The position numbers and the translations under genes were made by a program. From Glycera tridactyla (taxonomy: Eukaryota), in contig OZ286463.1 in the NCBI GenBank assembly GCA_965644265.1, positions 115,878,001-115,942,000 of the forward strand: a stretch of 64,000 nucleotides of DNA. Reading direction: 5' to 3'. Each line of letters begins with the position of its first letter. Position 1 is the stretch's first letter. Positions 13,101 through 25,900 of the stretch are shown piece after piece. Under the pieces are notes generated by a model. It did no database searches and was not told where the DNA came from. It worked only from the letters and a program-made list of their open reading frames with translations.

Positions 13101-14747
13101 TCCCTTTTCAAATTTGTGTATCCCAAGTGGTTTATCACTGAGAGAGCAGAAAAAGTGCTTGTAGGATAGCTTGTCCTGCATGGCTTCACACCCAGCAGGC
13201 ACTGTACTTATATCCTGTATAGTGAAACCTGTGGCGAGAGTCAGCCCTAAATGTCATCACAAAGTAGTCTGTTAGAAGAGGTGGTCTCTCTTTGGAGGCA
13301 CTATTGACTTTGTCATATGAGAATATGGCCCTGATAAAGTGGATGTCATCATAGGTGGTCTTTTGTTGGAGGGTCTGTTGTCGCATTTTTCAATATACAT
13401 GTACACAGATACAACGGTCATGGTGTAAGTTTGATGTATGTGCATTACAATTGGCATCATGATCACACTGATTGATATATATGAAAATATGTTCAGTTGA
13501 ACCTCCTCTAAAGACCACCTCTCTATGAAGACCACCTCCCTTTAAAGACCACTTTTTGATGGGACCGATGGCGGTCTTTATAGAGGTTCAATTGTACATT
13601 GTTGTGAACCCACATTAGGGATGGAGTTCATTTTGAATGCATCCAGTGTATGGAACCCATGCCCTGCGTGAGATGAGAATAAGTGAGAGATACCCCATGA
13701 ATAGAAATGAAGCCTCAAAGGTCATGCTATTTTGAGTCACTACTTATCTGGAAAGATCCAGGTTGATCCCAATCCAGGAATTGTATCATTTGTAAATCAC
13801 TTATGAACGCTAGCTAGATATTTCTAAATATAAACTGTCAGTCACCAGTTTCAATTGGCCACATCAGGGATCAGCCTCACTAAGGGTTTAGATGATGTGA
13901 AAACCCCATAGAAATTGAGCGCACCTGTATTACATTGAGTGTACTATCTTCTTAATGAAACAATCCCCAGAGACCTACCATGCCTTTGGCTCTATGGACA
14001 ATGCTGTAATCCCCCCTTGTCTGTGGATGCTGACAAAACATCTAATTAGTACATTGATTATTAGAACTTATGTTAGCCTAATGAACTTCTTAAACAATTG
14101 TTCTTCCCTGTGCTTTTCTCCTTTTACTTCTTCCCTTGTGGTGCAACCTCAGTAAGAATGTTGCAAATTTTGGTATGAGCCAAAAGAATTCCAGCTTGAT
14201 GCTCGGAGCCAGCATGAGGTGATCTGACATGATGCCCCCTCATGAATGCCTATTGTTCTTTACAGGACGTAATCAGGGCTGTTAATTACCCCACCCCCTC
14301 CCCCATGTAGGTCCTAATAATAACAATTAGTGAGGTGGGTGTGGTCCGTCACTCGGGGTGAGCTGTGTTTCTATTGACAACTGGATCCCACGCATTTGTT
14401 TGATTCCAGGAAGTTCCTTGAAGTCTACTCTTAGTGATTATTAGGGGCTGAATAAGAGGAGGGGTAGTCTCTCGGACTTCATTGTTCTTCTTGGCATTTG
14501 CCTCCAGCCTATCCTTGTAGGCCATTCATTGACTCATTGTGAGGGTATTGCCTATTGTACTTCAGTTCTGTCAACCTTAAGATTGTAGATTAATGATGAG
14601 GTACTNNNNNNNNNNNNNNNNNNNNNNNNNNNNNNNNNNNNNNNNNNNNNNNNNNNNNNNNNNNNNNNNNNNNNNNNNNNNNNNNNNNNNNNNNNNNNNN
14701 NNNNNNNNNNNNNNNNNNNNNNNNNNNNNNNNNNNNNNAGGTGACAA

Positions 14748-14813
<66 letters not shown>

Positions 14814-16918
14814 CTTTGATTGCAAGGCCTTCACTTCAAAGAAATGATGTCTTCCCTGCCTGATGTGATTGACTCAGGTGCTGCGCCATAGGTGCAGCAC
14901 TTACCCGGATATTTGTAGCCTATATAGTCATGACAGTCTCTCAATGACTGCAGGCAGTTGCAGTAGAGTACAGGAGAGTACAGGTGCAGCACTTACCTGG
15001 ATATTTGTAGCCTATATAGTCATGACAGTCTCTCAATGACTGCAGGCAGTTGCAGTACTTACCTGGATTTTTGAAGCCTATATAGTCATGACTGTCTCTC
15101 AGTGACTGCGGGCAGTTGCAGTAGAGTACAGGAGAGTACAGGTGCAGTACTAACCTGAATATCTGTAGCCTATATAGTCATGACAGTCTCTCAATGACTG
15201 CAGGCAGTTGCAGTAGAGTACAAGTGAGTGCCTCTCCACTCTGGTTCATGCAGTATTGATTGGCCAATCCTGCAAATTCATGGCTGTTTCTCATTATGAC
15301 AGATCGCTTTTCCACAAAGAGCAATTTTTTTTGAGCAATCAAGGGTGGCATATGCAGAGAAGTTATGCGGCCACATAAGGCCAGGGATCGATTGAGCCAG
15401 CCTTTGGTGAGTGGGAGGCAAGCCACCATTTGACAGTCTGGGCGTCTCTAGCCCTCCTCAGACAGGCTATAAATGGCATGCAGCACACCCTGCATCCTGC
15501 AAATGAGCACATCAATTAACAGCTGGTCTATGGTATCACCTGGGCTCTCAGGACACCAACATTGCTGAACCATGGAAACGAAGATACTGTGAAAGCTGGG
15601 GGGGGGGGGGGGGGGGGGCAAGTTGGTGTTCTTTCGATACTTGTAATGCAGATGTGGTGAATTTAGGTTAGAACGTGCATCATCCCATACAGTCATAGTC
15701 ATCTTGGTAAGGGTTAGTTTGAGCAGAGGCCAGACAGAAAGGCTTAGTGAGCCCCTGTTAGATCCTCATAATCCTCCTGAGCTTGTACAATTACATAATC
15801 TCATCAGGATCTTAGGAATGCTGTAGTGCCAGCACAGGACAATAACAATTTGCTTTGTGAGGAAAGACTCATTGTGGAAATGTAAATTTTCTCTTTATTT
15901 ATAAACCATTATTGGAAACAATCACAAGGGGATGTCCCCATTGAGATTATTGCTGAAATCAAGGAGACTATAGCTTCACAATTGCTCAAGCCAAGGAGAC
16001 AATAGCTTCACAAAACTCTCAAACCATATAGCCTCACAATGCTATCTGTCTCCAACCAAGAATAATGTTTCTTCGTATGCCATGAAACCTGCCAACAAAG
16101 ACATCCTCAGTTGTACAGTAAAACCTGTCTTGGAAGACCGCTCAAATGCCAAGGAAAAGTGGTCTCAAGACAGGTGGTCTCTCATTGGAGATATATTCGA
16201 CTGTGTCAAATAGAGATGAGCTGATAAAGAGTGGTCTCCCAATAAAAGGTGGTCTCCCAAAAGAGGGGTCTCCCAAGACAGCTTTCACTGTATCAAAACG
16301 TGGTGTTTTCAGAGAGGTGCTCTCAGTACCATTGACTGTGGTCATTATCCAGGGTGATGTTTGTGGGCTGCTGGTTTTTGGTGGAGGGTTTGTTCACTTG
16401 AAAATACTATCACAGTCACAGTTCTGGGTGGTCTTTGTAGGCAGGTGGCCTTTATAGAGAGGAGATCCCTTAAGTAAGATTGACTGTACAACTGTCCTTT
16501 ATGAAAACCAAGTCAATATGTGTATATTTTGTGATGTTCATTGGTATTTGAAGCAATTTATTTGATGAGAAATTTATTTACTGAGAGATTAAAAAAAATA
16601 TTTTTGGGGGTAGAGGGGGAGGGGGGGGGGGATGGGGAGGGTTGTAATTTTTGGTGTGCTGATGTATGCAGGTAGTCCCAAGTGTTCTTGAAATACTCAG
16701 TCAGTGGTCATTCTACGTTGAGCCATGCATTGAATGTGCTGGTTGCCGATTGGAGTTGAGAATTGGTTGGTAATTTTGGGGGAAAATGTGATGTGGCTGG
16801 ACAAGACTGAGGAGGTTACATTCCTTTTCTTTTGATTGATTGATAAGAGAATTGGTTGGTAATTTTGGGGGAAAATGTGATGTGGCTGGACAAGACTGAG
16901 GAGGTTACATTCCTTTTC

Positions 16919-16949
<31 letters not shown>

Positions 16950-19900
16950 AGCCTGTGATGCTTATAAGACCATGGGTAATAATGAGTAGTATTTGGGGGA
17001 AGGATTAAGTGGAGTTATATGATCAAGAACAAGGGACTCAAAAGACTCCAAGCTGATTTCTCTGATGAATAGGCTGAGACGGACACAATGTAGATTCTTA
17101 GTGAGATAGTGCCATCTGTGATTATCCCTCGTTTGACACTCACATACTGATGCTTTGCTTTTTCCGTCGGAGACGGTACTGTTTTCACTCTGGGATTCCC
17201 TCTCAATCTAGACGATAAAATCGCCGAGGTTTGTGGAGAACTCCGTAGAGAAACAAGAGAAAGTCGGCGAAAGTAGACATTAATAGTCGACACAGTCTGA
17301 GTACGACCCTTTGTAAAAGATGCTTCTGGAATCATCAGAATTAGATCGGCCTTGCTTGAAAAATATGCGATTTGTGTGAGAAACTTTACTTATTACGTGA
17401 AATACAAAGACATCTTGATAATATCGATAAATGACTGCGTGAGAACGTTTGAAACGAAAAATATGACGGAGAAAGCGACACTTACGGATAGAGAGCGCGG
17501 AATTTCTCGGGGAAGCCTTTCCGGTGACGTCATTATATCGATATGCAAATGAGGCGGTGATCCATCCCATAATAGTTTATAAATAATTCATATCTGTCGC
17601 CTTCACTGATTGGCCAAATTGCCGGAATCGCGGCGAAATCGACCAATCAGCGACCTGCTTTCATAGGGCTCTCGTCGCGAGATGTCAACAATGTGCGCAG
17701 AAGACGATTTCAGAGCGTCTGCGCAGGTGTCGGAACCACGAGGAAGCCGATCTCACGAATGAAACAAGAAGGCCAAACCTAACGTGGCCCGCTTGACATC
17801 TCCACTGTTTCTGGCGAATATTCGACGGATTCTCGGAATTTATACATGGGAGTACATACAATCGGATATCCGTGATTTAATCGTGTAATCGTCTTCACCG
17901 TGAGTTCAATATTTCTATGGTATTTTAGCCTTGACAGGCGATGTGAGAATTCGCGGAACCCACGTGTTTGACAAGCTGTCAACAAAGCCGGTCGAAGTTT
18001 CGTCATACGTTTAATGGCGAAATGAAGAAGAATCACTTCGAGCTAGGTAGCGTGTGCCGAGCTTTCGATGTTTTCTTTCGTTATATATGCAGTTTGAGAG
18101 CTGACAATCTGTGTATTTGTTCGTTTGAAGCGATTTCCGTCGTCTTATAATTCGATTGTAGAAATATCAAGATGGCGGCCGTGAGTTTCTTCATGTTGCT
18201 TTACATTACGGAAAATACGTTTAATGGCGAAATGAGGAAGAATCACTTCGAGCTAGGTCGCGTGTGCCGAGCTTTCGATGTTTTCTTTCGTTATATATGC
18301 AGTTTGAGAGTTGACAATCTGTCTATTTCTTCGTTGGAGGCGAATTCCGTCATCATATGATTCGATTGTAGAAATACCAAGATGGCGATCGCGAGTTTCT
18401 TCATGCTGCTTTACAAGTCGAAAAATACGTTTTATGGCGAAATGAGGAAGAATCACTTCGAGCTAGTTCACGTGGGGCAAGATTTCGATGTTTTCTTTTG
18501 TTATATATGCAGTTTGAGAGTTGACAATCTGTCTATTTCTTCGTTAGAGGCGAATTCCGTCATCATATGATTCGATTGTAGAGATACCAAGATGGCGATC
18601 GCGAGTTTCTTCATGCTGCTTTACAAGTCGAAAAATACGTTTTATGGCGAAATGAGGAGGAATCACTTCGAGCTAGTTCACGTGGGGCAAGATTTCGATG
18701 TTTTCTTTCGTTATATATGCAGTTTGAGAGTTGACAATCTGTCTATTTCTTCGTTAGAGGCGAATTCCGTCATCATATGATTCGATTGTAGAGATACCAA
18801 GATGGCGATCGCGAGTTTCTTCATGCTGCTTTACAAGTCGAAAAATACGTTTTATGGCGAAATGAGGAGGAATCACTTCGAGCTAGCTCACGTGGGGCGA
18901 GCTTTCGATGTTTTATTTCGTTATATATGCAGTTTGACTAGTGACAATCAGTCTATTTGTTCTATGGAGGTGATTTCATCAAGACTGGGGTCACTTCCAA
19001 CACAGCCAGGGCTGGAAAATAACTTGTCTGTCTGTCTGTCTCTGTCTGTCTCTCTCTCCCTCTCTCTCTCTCTTACTCACACACACACACAAACACAAGC
19101 TCTCTCTCTCTTTCTGTCTCTCTCTATATCATTTATTTTTCCCTTTAAATTACCACCTCTCCACTGTAAATCGACGACCATTCTTCTTTTTGAAGAAATT
19201 TCTTGTTACGCTTGTTCCCAAGTCAGCATGAGCCCTGATGGGGATCATGTACCCAATGAGACTGCTACTGGAATAAAATTGTACAGTTAAACTTGCCTCC
19301 ATGGCAACCATTTTACAAAGACCACCTGCCAACAAATGCTACTATTTTGAAGAATACTCTCAGTCACCAACAAGGGTGGTCTTTGTAGGCAGGTGGCTTT
19401 TGTAGTTAGTAAATCCAGTGGGTTTGACTTCATGCTTTCAGTGTGTAATATCAACACCAGCCTGTCTACCCCAGGCCAGTAAAACTCAGTGAAATGTTCA
19501 TGTTCATACTTCACAAGCTGTTAGCTGCAAATGATGTGCTAGTGGGGGATGAGGTGTGGAATATTACGAATTTCCAACAATATGCATCCAGTTCATGATG
19601 TTTCTCAATCCAGCAATGCAATTAGGCAGGAGGGATCAGATATTGGCCAGTGACTAAAAACGTCACTGTGTATCTATTTCATGAAGTTATGTGGTAGGTA
19701 CATGGATTGAGCTCGGCTTGGATACAGAATACGTATTAGAATAAGTGGTCTGCTTCTGAAATCTTTACCACCTTAGTCATATTGCTATACATTAGATATT
19801 GCAATAAAAGAACTTTTGGCGAGATGCCTCTCGAAGACCAAATTCTATTTGATATGGAGAAATCTACCTCTACTAGGCCATGGTTTCACATGATCACCTT

Positions 19901-22900
19901 TTGTTGTTATTTATGATAGTCTCTTGGCACAGCATTCCCTCTTTTCTCCTCATGTATTTGACAAGAGACAAAGTTCTTTTAATGTTGTTGGTGGTCCTAA
20001 TTCTAAAGATTCAAGTCCTGTTTGACTTGTGAGTGTTGGTCCGGGCATCAATGTCAAACCTGGGTCTAGTACTTGAGAACCTGACATTCAGTATATGCCA
20101 GCATTATCCATGAACCCCATCAAGGCAGGGACAGTTGGTAGCGATGCCGGGCCCTTCAGTTTGGTCATGCTCTCATGAATCATGTAACCTTAGAAACATG
20201 CTGTTACCATGATGTCAGATCAGGACAGGGTTCTAGTATTAAATGTACGACTTTGGTACTTTGATCTGTCATGGTCAGATGATGGAGGAATTTGAGAACA
20301 ATTGGAGTAGGCACATAACTAGACATGAAGCTACTGAAGTCAATATGTATCAAATCATGTATTTCATAATTCACCAGAGCCGTTTCTCTATACAGCCCCT
20401 TGGAAATCAAACCAATTGATTATCAAGTACTATTAGTATCACAGTTTTACCTGCCTCAAACATTCCAGAAAGACACCATTGTGACATGAAGAACTAGGTC
20501 TGATATGTGGGGTCTTGTAAAGAGTATATCACATTTGGTGAAATTGACTACATTTCTGTAAGTGTAATGTGAAGAGCGAGAATACAAGTTGTTTGTTTGA
20601 TTGGAGCACTGTATTGAAAAGTGCAGCAATCACCACTGCCATTTGGACAGTTGGTGGACGTTAACACATTTTTGGGTACGATGTCAAATTAAATAGCTGA
20701 ATTTGCCTTTTTATACCCCGCTTTTGAAAAAGCGGGGTATAATAGTTTCACCTCCGGCGTCCGTCCGTACGTACGTACGTACGTCCGTCTGTCCGTCCGT
20801 CCGTCCGCTCACATTTCATGCAATAACTTTGGATTGGCTGGTCCAATTTTCATAAAACTTCATAACTGTGATCTATGAAAAAATCGTATTCGAGAATTTG
20901 ATTTCCGTACCCAAAGGTCAAAGGTCAAGGTCACAGGAGCTATTTATAGATTTTCTTATTTTACACTCTAACTCAAGTTAGCCTCAATGGATATGCACCA
21001 AACTTACATAAAGTAATGACCCAATGTTGGGCCACCTCCCTCTCGATGCATGTGACCCTAGGTCAAAGGTCAAGGTCACAGGAGCTATTTATAGATTTTC
21101 CCATTTTACACTCTAACTCAAGCCAGCTTAGATGGATATGCACCAAACTTACACAAAGTAATGACTTAATGGTAGGCCACCTCCTTTTCGATGCATGTGA
21201 CCCAGGTCAAAGGTCAAAGGTCACAGGAGCTATTTATAAATTTTCTTTTTTCACACTCTAACTCAAGTTAGCCTGAATGGATATGCATCAAAGTCACGCA
21301 AAGTAATGACCTCATGGTAGGCCACCTCCCTTTCGATGCGTGTGACCCTAGGTCGAAGGTCAAGTTCACAGGAGCTATTTATAGATTTCCTCATTTTACA
21401 CTCTAACTCAAGCGAGCTTCGATGGATATGCATCAAACTCACACAAAGTATTGACCTAATGGTAGGCCACCTCTCTTTCAATGAATGTGACCCCAGGTCA
21501 AAGGTCAAGGTCACAGGAGCTATTTATAGATTTCCCCATTTTACACTCTAACTCAAGCCAGCTTTGATGGATATGCACCAAACTTACACAAAGTAATGAC
21601 CTAATGGTAGGCCACCTCCCTTTTGATGCATGTGACCCCAGGTCAAAGGTCAAGGTCACAGGAGCTATTTATAGATTTTCCAATTTTACACTCTAATTCA
21701 AGCCAGCTCTGATGGATATTCACCAAACTTACACAATGTAATGACTTGATGGTAGGCCACTTCCCTTTTGATGCATATGACCCCATGTCAAAGGTCAAGG
21801 TCACAGGAACTATTTACAGATTTTCCCATTTCATACTCTAACTCAAGCGAGATGGATATGCATCAAACTTACACAAAGTAATGACCTAATGGTAGGCCAC
21901 CTCCTTTACGATGCATTTGATCCTAGGTCAAAGGTCAAGGTCACAGGAACTATTCATAAATTTTCTCATTTCACACTCCAGCTCAAGCTTGCATTGATCG
22001 ATATATAAATTTCCGCATCTCACACAATAACTCAGGCTAGCATTGTTGGATGAAGATCAAACTGATCTGGGATGATCAAGCAATGTTACATCTCTCTTAC
22101 AATGCATGTGACCCTAAGTCATAGGTCAAGGTGAATGTTTTAGGTGCTACTACATATGTATTAGATTTTCTTATTCTACACAGTGATCCAGTGACTTATT
22201 ACGTAGCCAACCAAACATCTCAATGACCTTTTCCGATATGGGTTACCCACTGTGCTCCAGTGTGCGATATGGGTTACCCACTATGCCCCGTGTGCGGGGT
22301 ATATTGCCCCTCTGTGGCCTTGTTCTATCTGAGTTTTAGTGGCACAGATGGATTGTATAGGTCTTCCAGCAATAATCAACCTGATTCCAGATAGTCTGTG
22401 TGATTTTGAAGAGGTTGCACCATCATTTTATTGCATTTTTACAGTGAATCTGCCGGCATTATTGGCTGCTCTTCTCTAAATGGGACAGTGGGAACATGGC
22501 CGCTGCCCGCAGTGTGAAACCAGCATAAAATTTACATATTTGGCACTCTAGGGTGAAATATATAAGTGAATCTTGCGGTGATCACATTTCTACTCACAGG
22601 AGATGTGAACAAAGTATGTCAGTGAGTCTCATTTCAATCCGATACAAATTCTAGATGCTAGGTCGAAAAACATACCCGTCACGGTTGCACTTGACAGATT
22701 CTAGTCACTGGTATGCAATAATGAATGAAGTTTTAGACGGGATATACATCAAGTCATTGCACTATGGGATGGTTTGAATGGTGAATAGAGATGCAGTGAT
22801 AGGGAAAAAATGCACTCTTGGTTAACTATTTTAACATTTGTGATATCAGAACTTTTTGAAGAACTTGTCATGTGGATCCCTGGTGATCATTCTCTATGTG

Positions 22901-25900
22901 ATTCACATATAGAGCTTGTATATTCAACAGAATTAAGAATATATTCAACAGAATTGATACAAGCTCATCGGACTCTCATCTCACCATGCTATAGAAGTAC
23001 AGTCAAACCTGCTTGAGGTACAGATAAGCCGAGATAATCTTGGCTGGGTTGCCAGGCCTCCTTTCTTCCGAGGTATGGAATTCAAAGGCACCAAACCCCG
23101 GCCGGGTTTTTCACTGATGACCTGTCCGACTCTGTCTCAGCTGGTCCTGGTGTTGCTGAATCAGTCATGAGTTGGATGTATTGGCAAAATTTTCTTTGTT
23201 GATCTTTATACAAAGGCCACCCTGGGCTGTGATCATATAGTATATCCTACAGTGAACAACCTGTCTGCAAATGCCACATTTTGATGTGAATTGAATCGAA
23301 TTGAAATTGAAAAAAACTTTATTTGAATTCTAGACTGGGTGGCCACAGATCACCATATTTCCCATTGAGAAAATGAGGGTGGTATTTGTGGACAGGTTTA
23401 ACTGTACATCATAGTCACATGTCAGGTAGAATGATTTCAACTAAAGCAGCAGTACATCATAATTTTGGTTGGTGATTCCGTGATCACCTACTTGTCATTG
23501 AAATCTCCATCAGAGTGAGTGTGATTGATTGTGGGGAACATGATTTACGCTCATCTGCCCCCAAGATGCGGCTTACAATCACCCTCTTGTTTTAATGTTT
23601 GTCACTGCTTATTTTGACGTTCAATCTGCATGTATGATTTCCTTACTTCATCTATTCAACTTAGATGATCTCACCGAATCATTTCACATTTTCCATCTCC
23701 AAGTCTCCACCATTACACGTGACCCTCCTTCGGGGATCAGTATTTGATAGGACCTGAACGGCCGGAGCTTCCTGGCCGGAACCATCTGTTGTGGGTATTA
23801 TCTCATGGAGACACAGTGATTTCTTACTTTTATGCCACAGATGTGCAAGAGCAAATCAATGATTAGTGAAATATGTCTGCTTCCAGTCTAAGTTTGAACC
23901 TTTGAAGCACTTAGTGGAACCTTTCAATTGTTGGTGCGGCAGGCCCCTTACCCATATTTCCCACCTTTTCAGCCCACCAATATCAGCTCCTGTGGGTCAG
24001 CAGGTTCGGTTTTCGAGCCCAGTCTAGCATTGATTTATAATTTTGAAATATTGCCCAGAATATTTCTAGTTCATGGGCCTCATGGGTCGACTCATCTATG
24101 TTGATGTCTGGTTGTTGGTTGTTATAGATGACACAAATAAGGTGAAGGTTATCAGTGGATGAACCGCTGAGTATTGTTATTGCCTACTATTTGAATATAT
24201 CCTCCTTGACAACCACAATCACCTCAAGTATTGATGATGGCAGCTGGTGTTGAGGGTTGACAAACAACTTGATCACGTACACACGCAGCTTATCAGTGTC
24301 ACATGTAGCCCTCGTATGCTCGTAGAATGAAGTGAGAATTCATCCTCGATACTCCATATAGAGGCTGAAACAATCATACCTGTCATAACCTTTTATCTCT
24401 AGAAATACTCCAAATTAAAGCCAGTCAACATAGGTGGTCATTCATGGAAGATCCCAAGGAAACAGCCAACCCTGGTGCCTACAAGCAAAACTGTAAGATA
24501 GTAGAGAAAACATGCACACATACTATTTCCATCCAGGTTAATCTTTTTATATGTCCTCTTCTCGTCTGATTTCTCTTTAATTCTACCAACACTGTTTTTT
24601 GGCCGCATGGAAACATTTCAAGCTGGAGGTAAAGGCTGGTTGGAATTCCAATAGCCAGAATTAAAATCGGAAAATGTCTACTTCTTTCAAAGTGTAGGGA
24701 TCCCCTCTTGATTGTGGTCTCATTTTAGGTACAAATATGTCAAATTCTTGTAGCACTGACGTTTCGATAATTTGTCTGATACTGGTGGAGTGAATGGTGC
24801 CAATTATCAGAACGAGTGGGTCGCTCGTAATCTGCACCTCACCGACTATCTATCTCTAGTTGGGCAATAATGAGCAATTGATTGGTATCTTATCTCACTA
24901 ACCAGATTCATCTGCTTGTGGACTGCGCATCATTCACAGTAGTTGTCCCTTTCAATGATTCATCTGCTCGTGGATGCCGCATCATTCACAGTAGTTGTCC
25001 CTACCAATGATTCATCTGCTTGTGGACTGCGCATCATTCACAGTAGTTGTCCCTCTCAATGATTCATCTGCTTGTGGATGCCGCATCATTCACAGTAGTT
25101 GTCCCTTTCAATGATTCATCTGCTCATGGATGCCGCATCATTCACAGTAGTTGTCTCTTTCAATGATTCATCTGCTCGTGGATGCCGCATCATTCAGAGT
25201 AGTTGTCCCTTTCAATGATTCATCTGCTTGTGAACTCACATCATTTACGCTAATTGTCCCTTTCAATGATTGGCAGCTGGAAATCATAGAGACCTCAAAT
25301 ATCAGGGTTGGAAGGTCAGGGCTAAGTAGGGAAATGAAAAGAACGAGATTACAGTGAGACTTTTGATGAGAGACCCTCTGATGAGAGACCACCTCTGATA
25401 GGAGACCGCTTTTTCAGGGCATCATGTTTATTTGACTGGTATCATAGATAGATATCCCGGATGTATTTGCTTGCTTACTGACTGGTTCCAGGGACCTCAG
25501 GACCATCCCTTCTTGCCCTGTTGAGTAAATTAGTATTGGTAGGTTGCCACTGTGGGCATAATTCATTGGGTTCATTGGATGATTGTATATGATGAAAGTT
25601 TGAATGTGAATGAAGTGTTCAAAGGATGAATGTGACATAAACAACTAAATAAAGAGGCACATTCATTCATCAGTGATTAATTGTTTCATCCAGGTAACTG
25701 TTAAGGAGGGCCTCATTTCTTTTGGTTAAAATGAGAAGTAGGTCACTCAAAATCACAAAGGTATGTGGTTCATAGTTTTTATTTGTAAAGATTTAATGAA
25801 AGGAAAGCAGTGTGTGAATTCATCATCCTGTATCCAAGCTTGGCAGAATTAGGTGGCTTGATAAGTTCATGATGTGAAAATCCCCTTTTCAACATAATGA

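Noticed and set aside
17525-17650. Histone H2A/H2B-type or snRNA promoter (octamer, CRE, CCAAT)
   Set aside because: No histone ORF or recognisable snRNA/snoRNA sequence flanks it on either strand.
18172-18990. Repeated 62-aa ORFs, one per 210-bp unit
   Set aside because: Differences between units are mostly non-synonymous, no family is recognisable, and the ATG is part of the YY1 motif.
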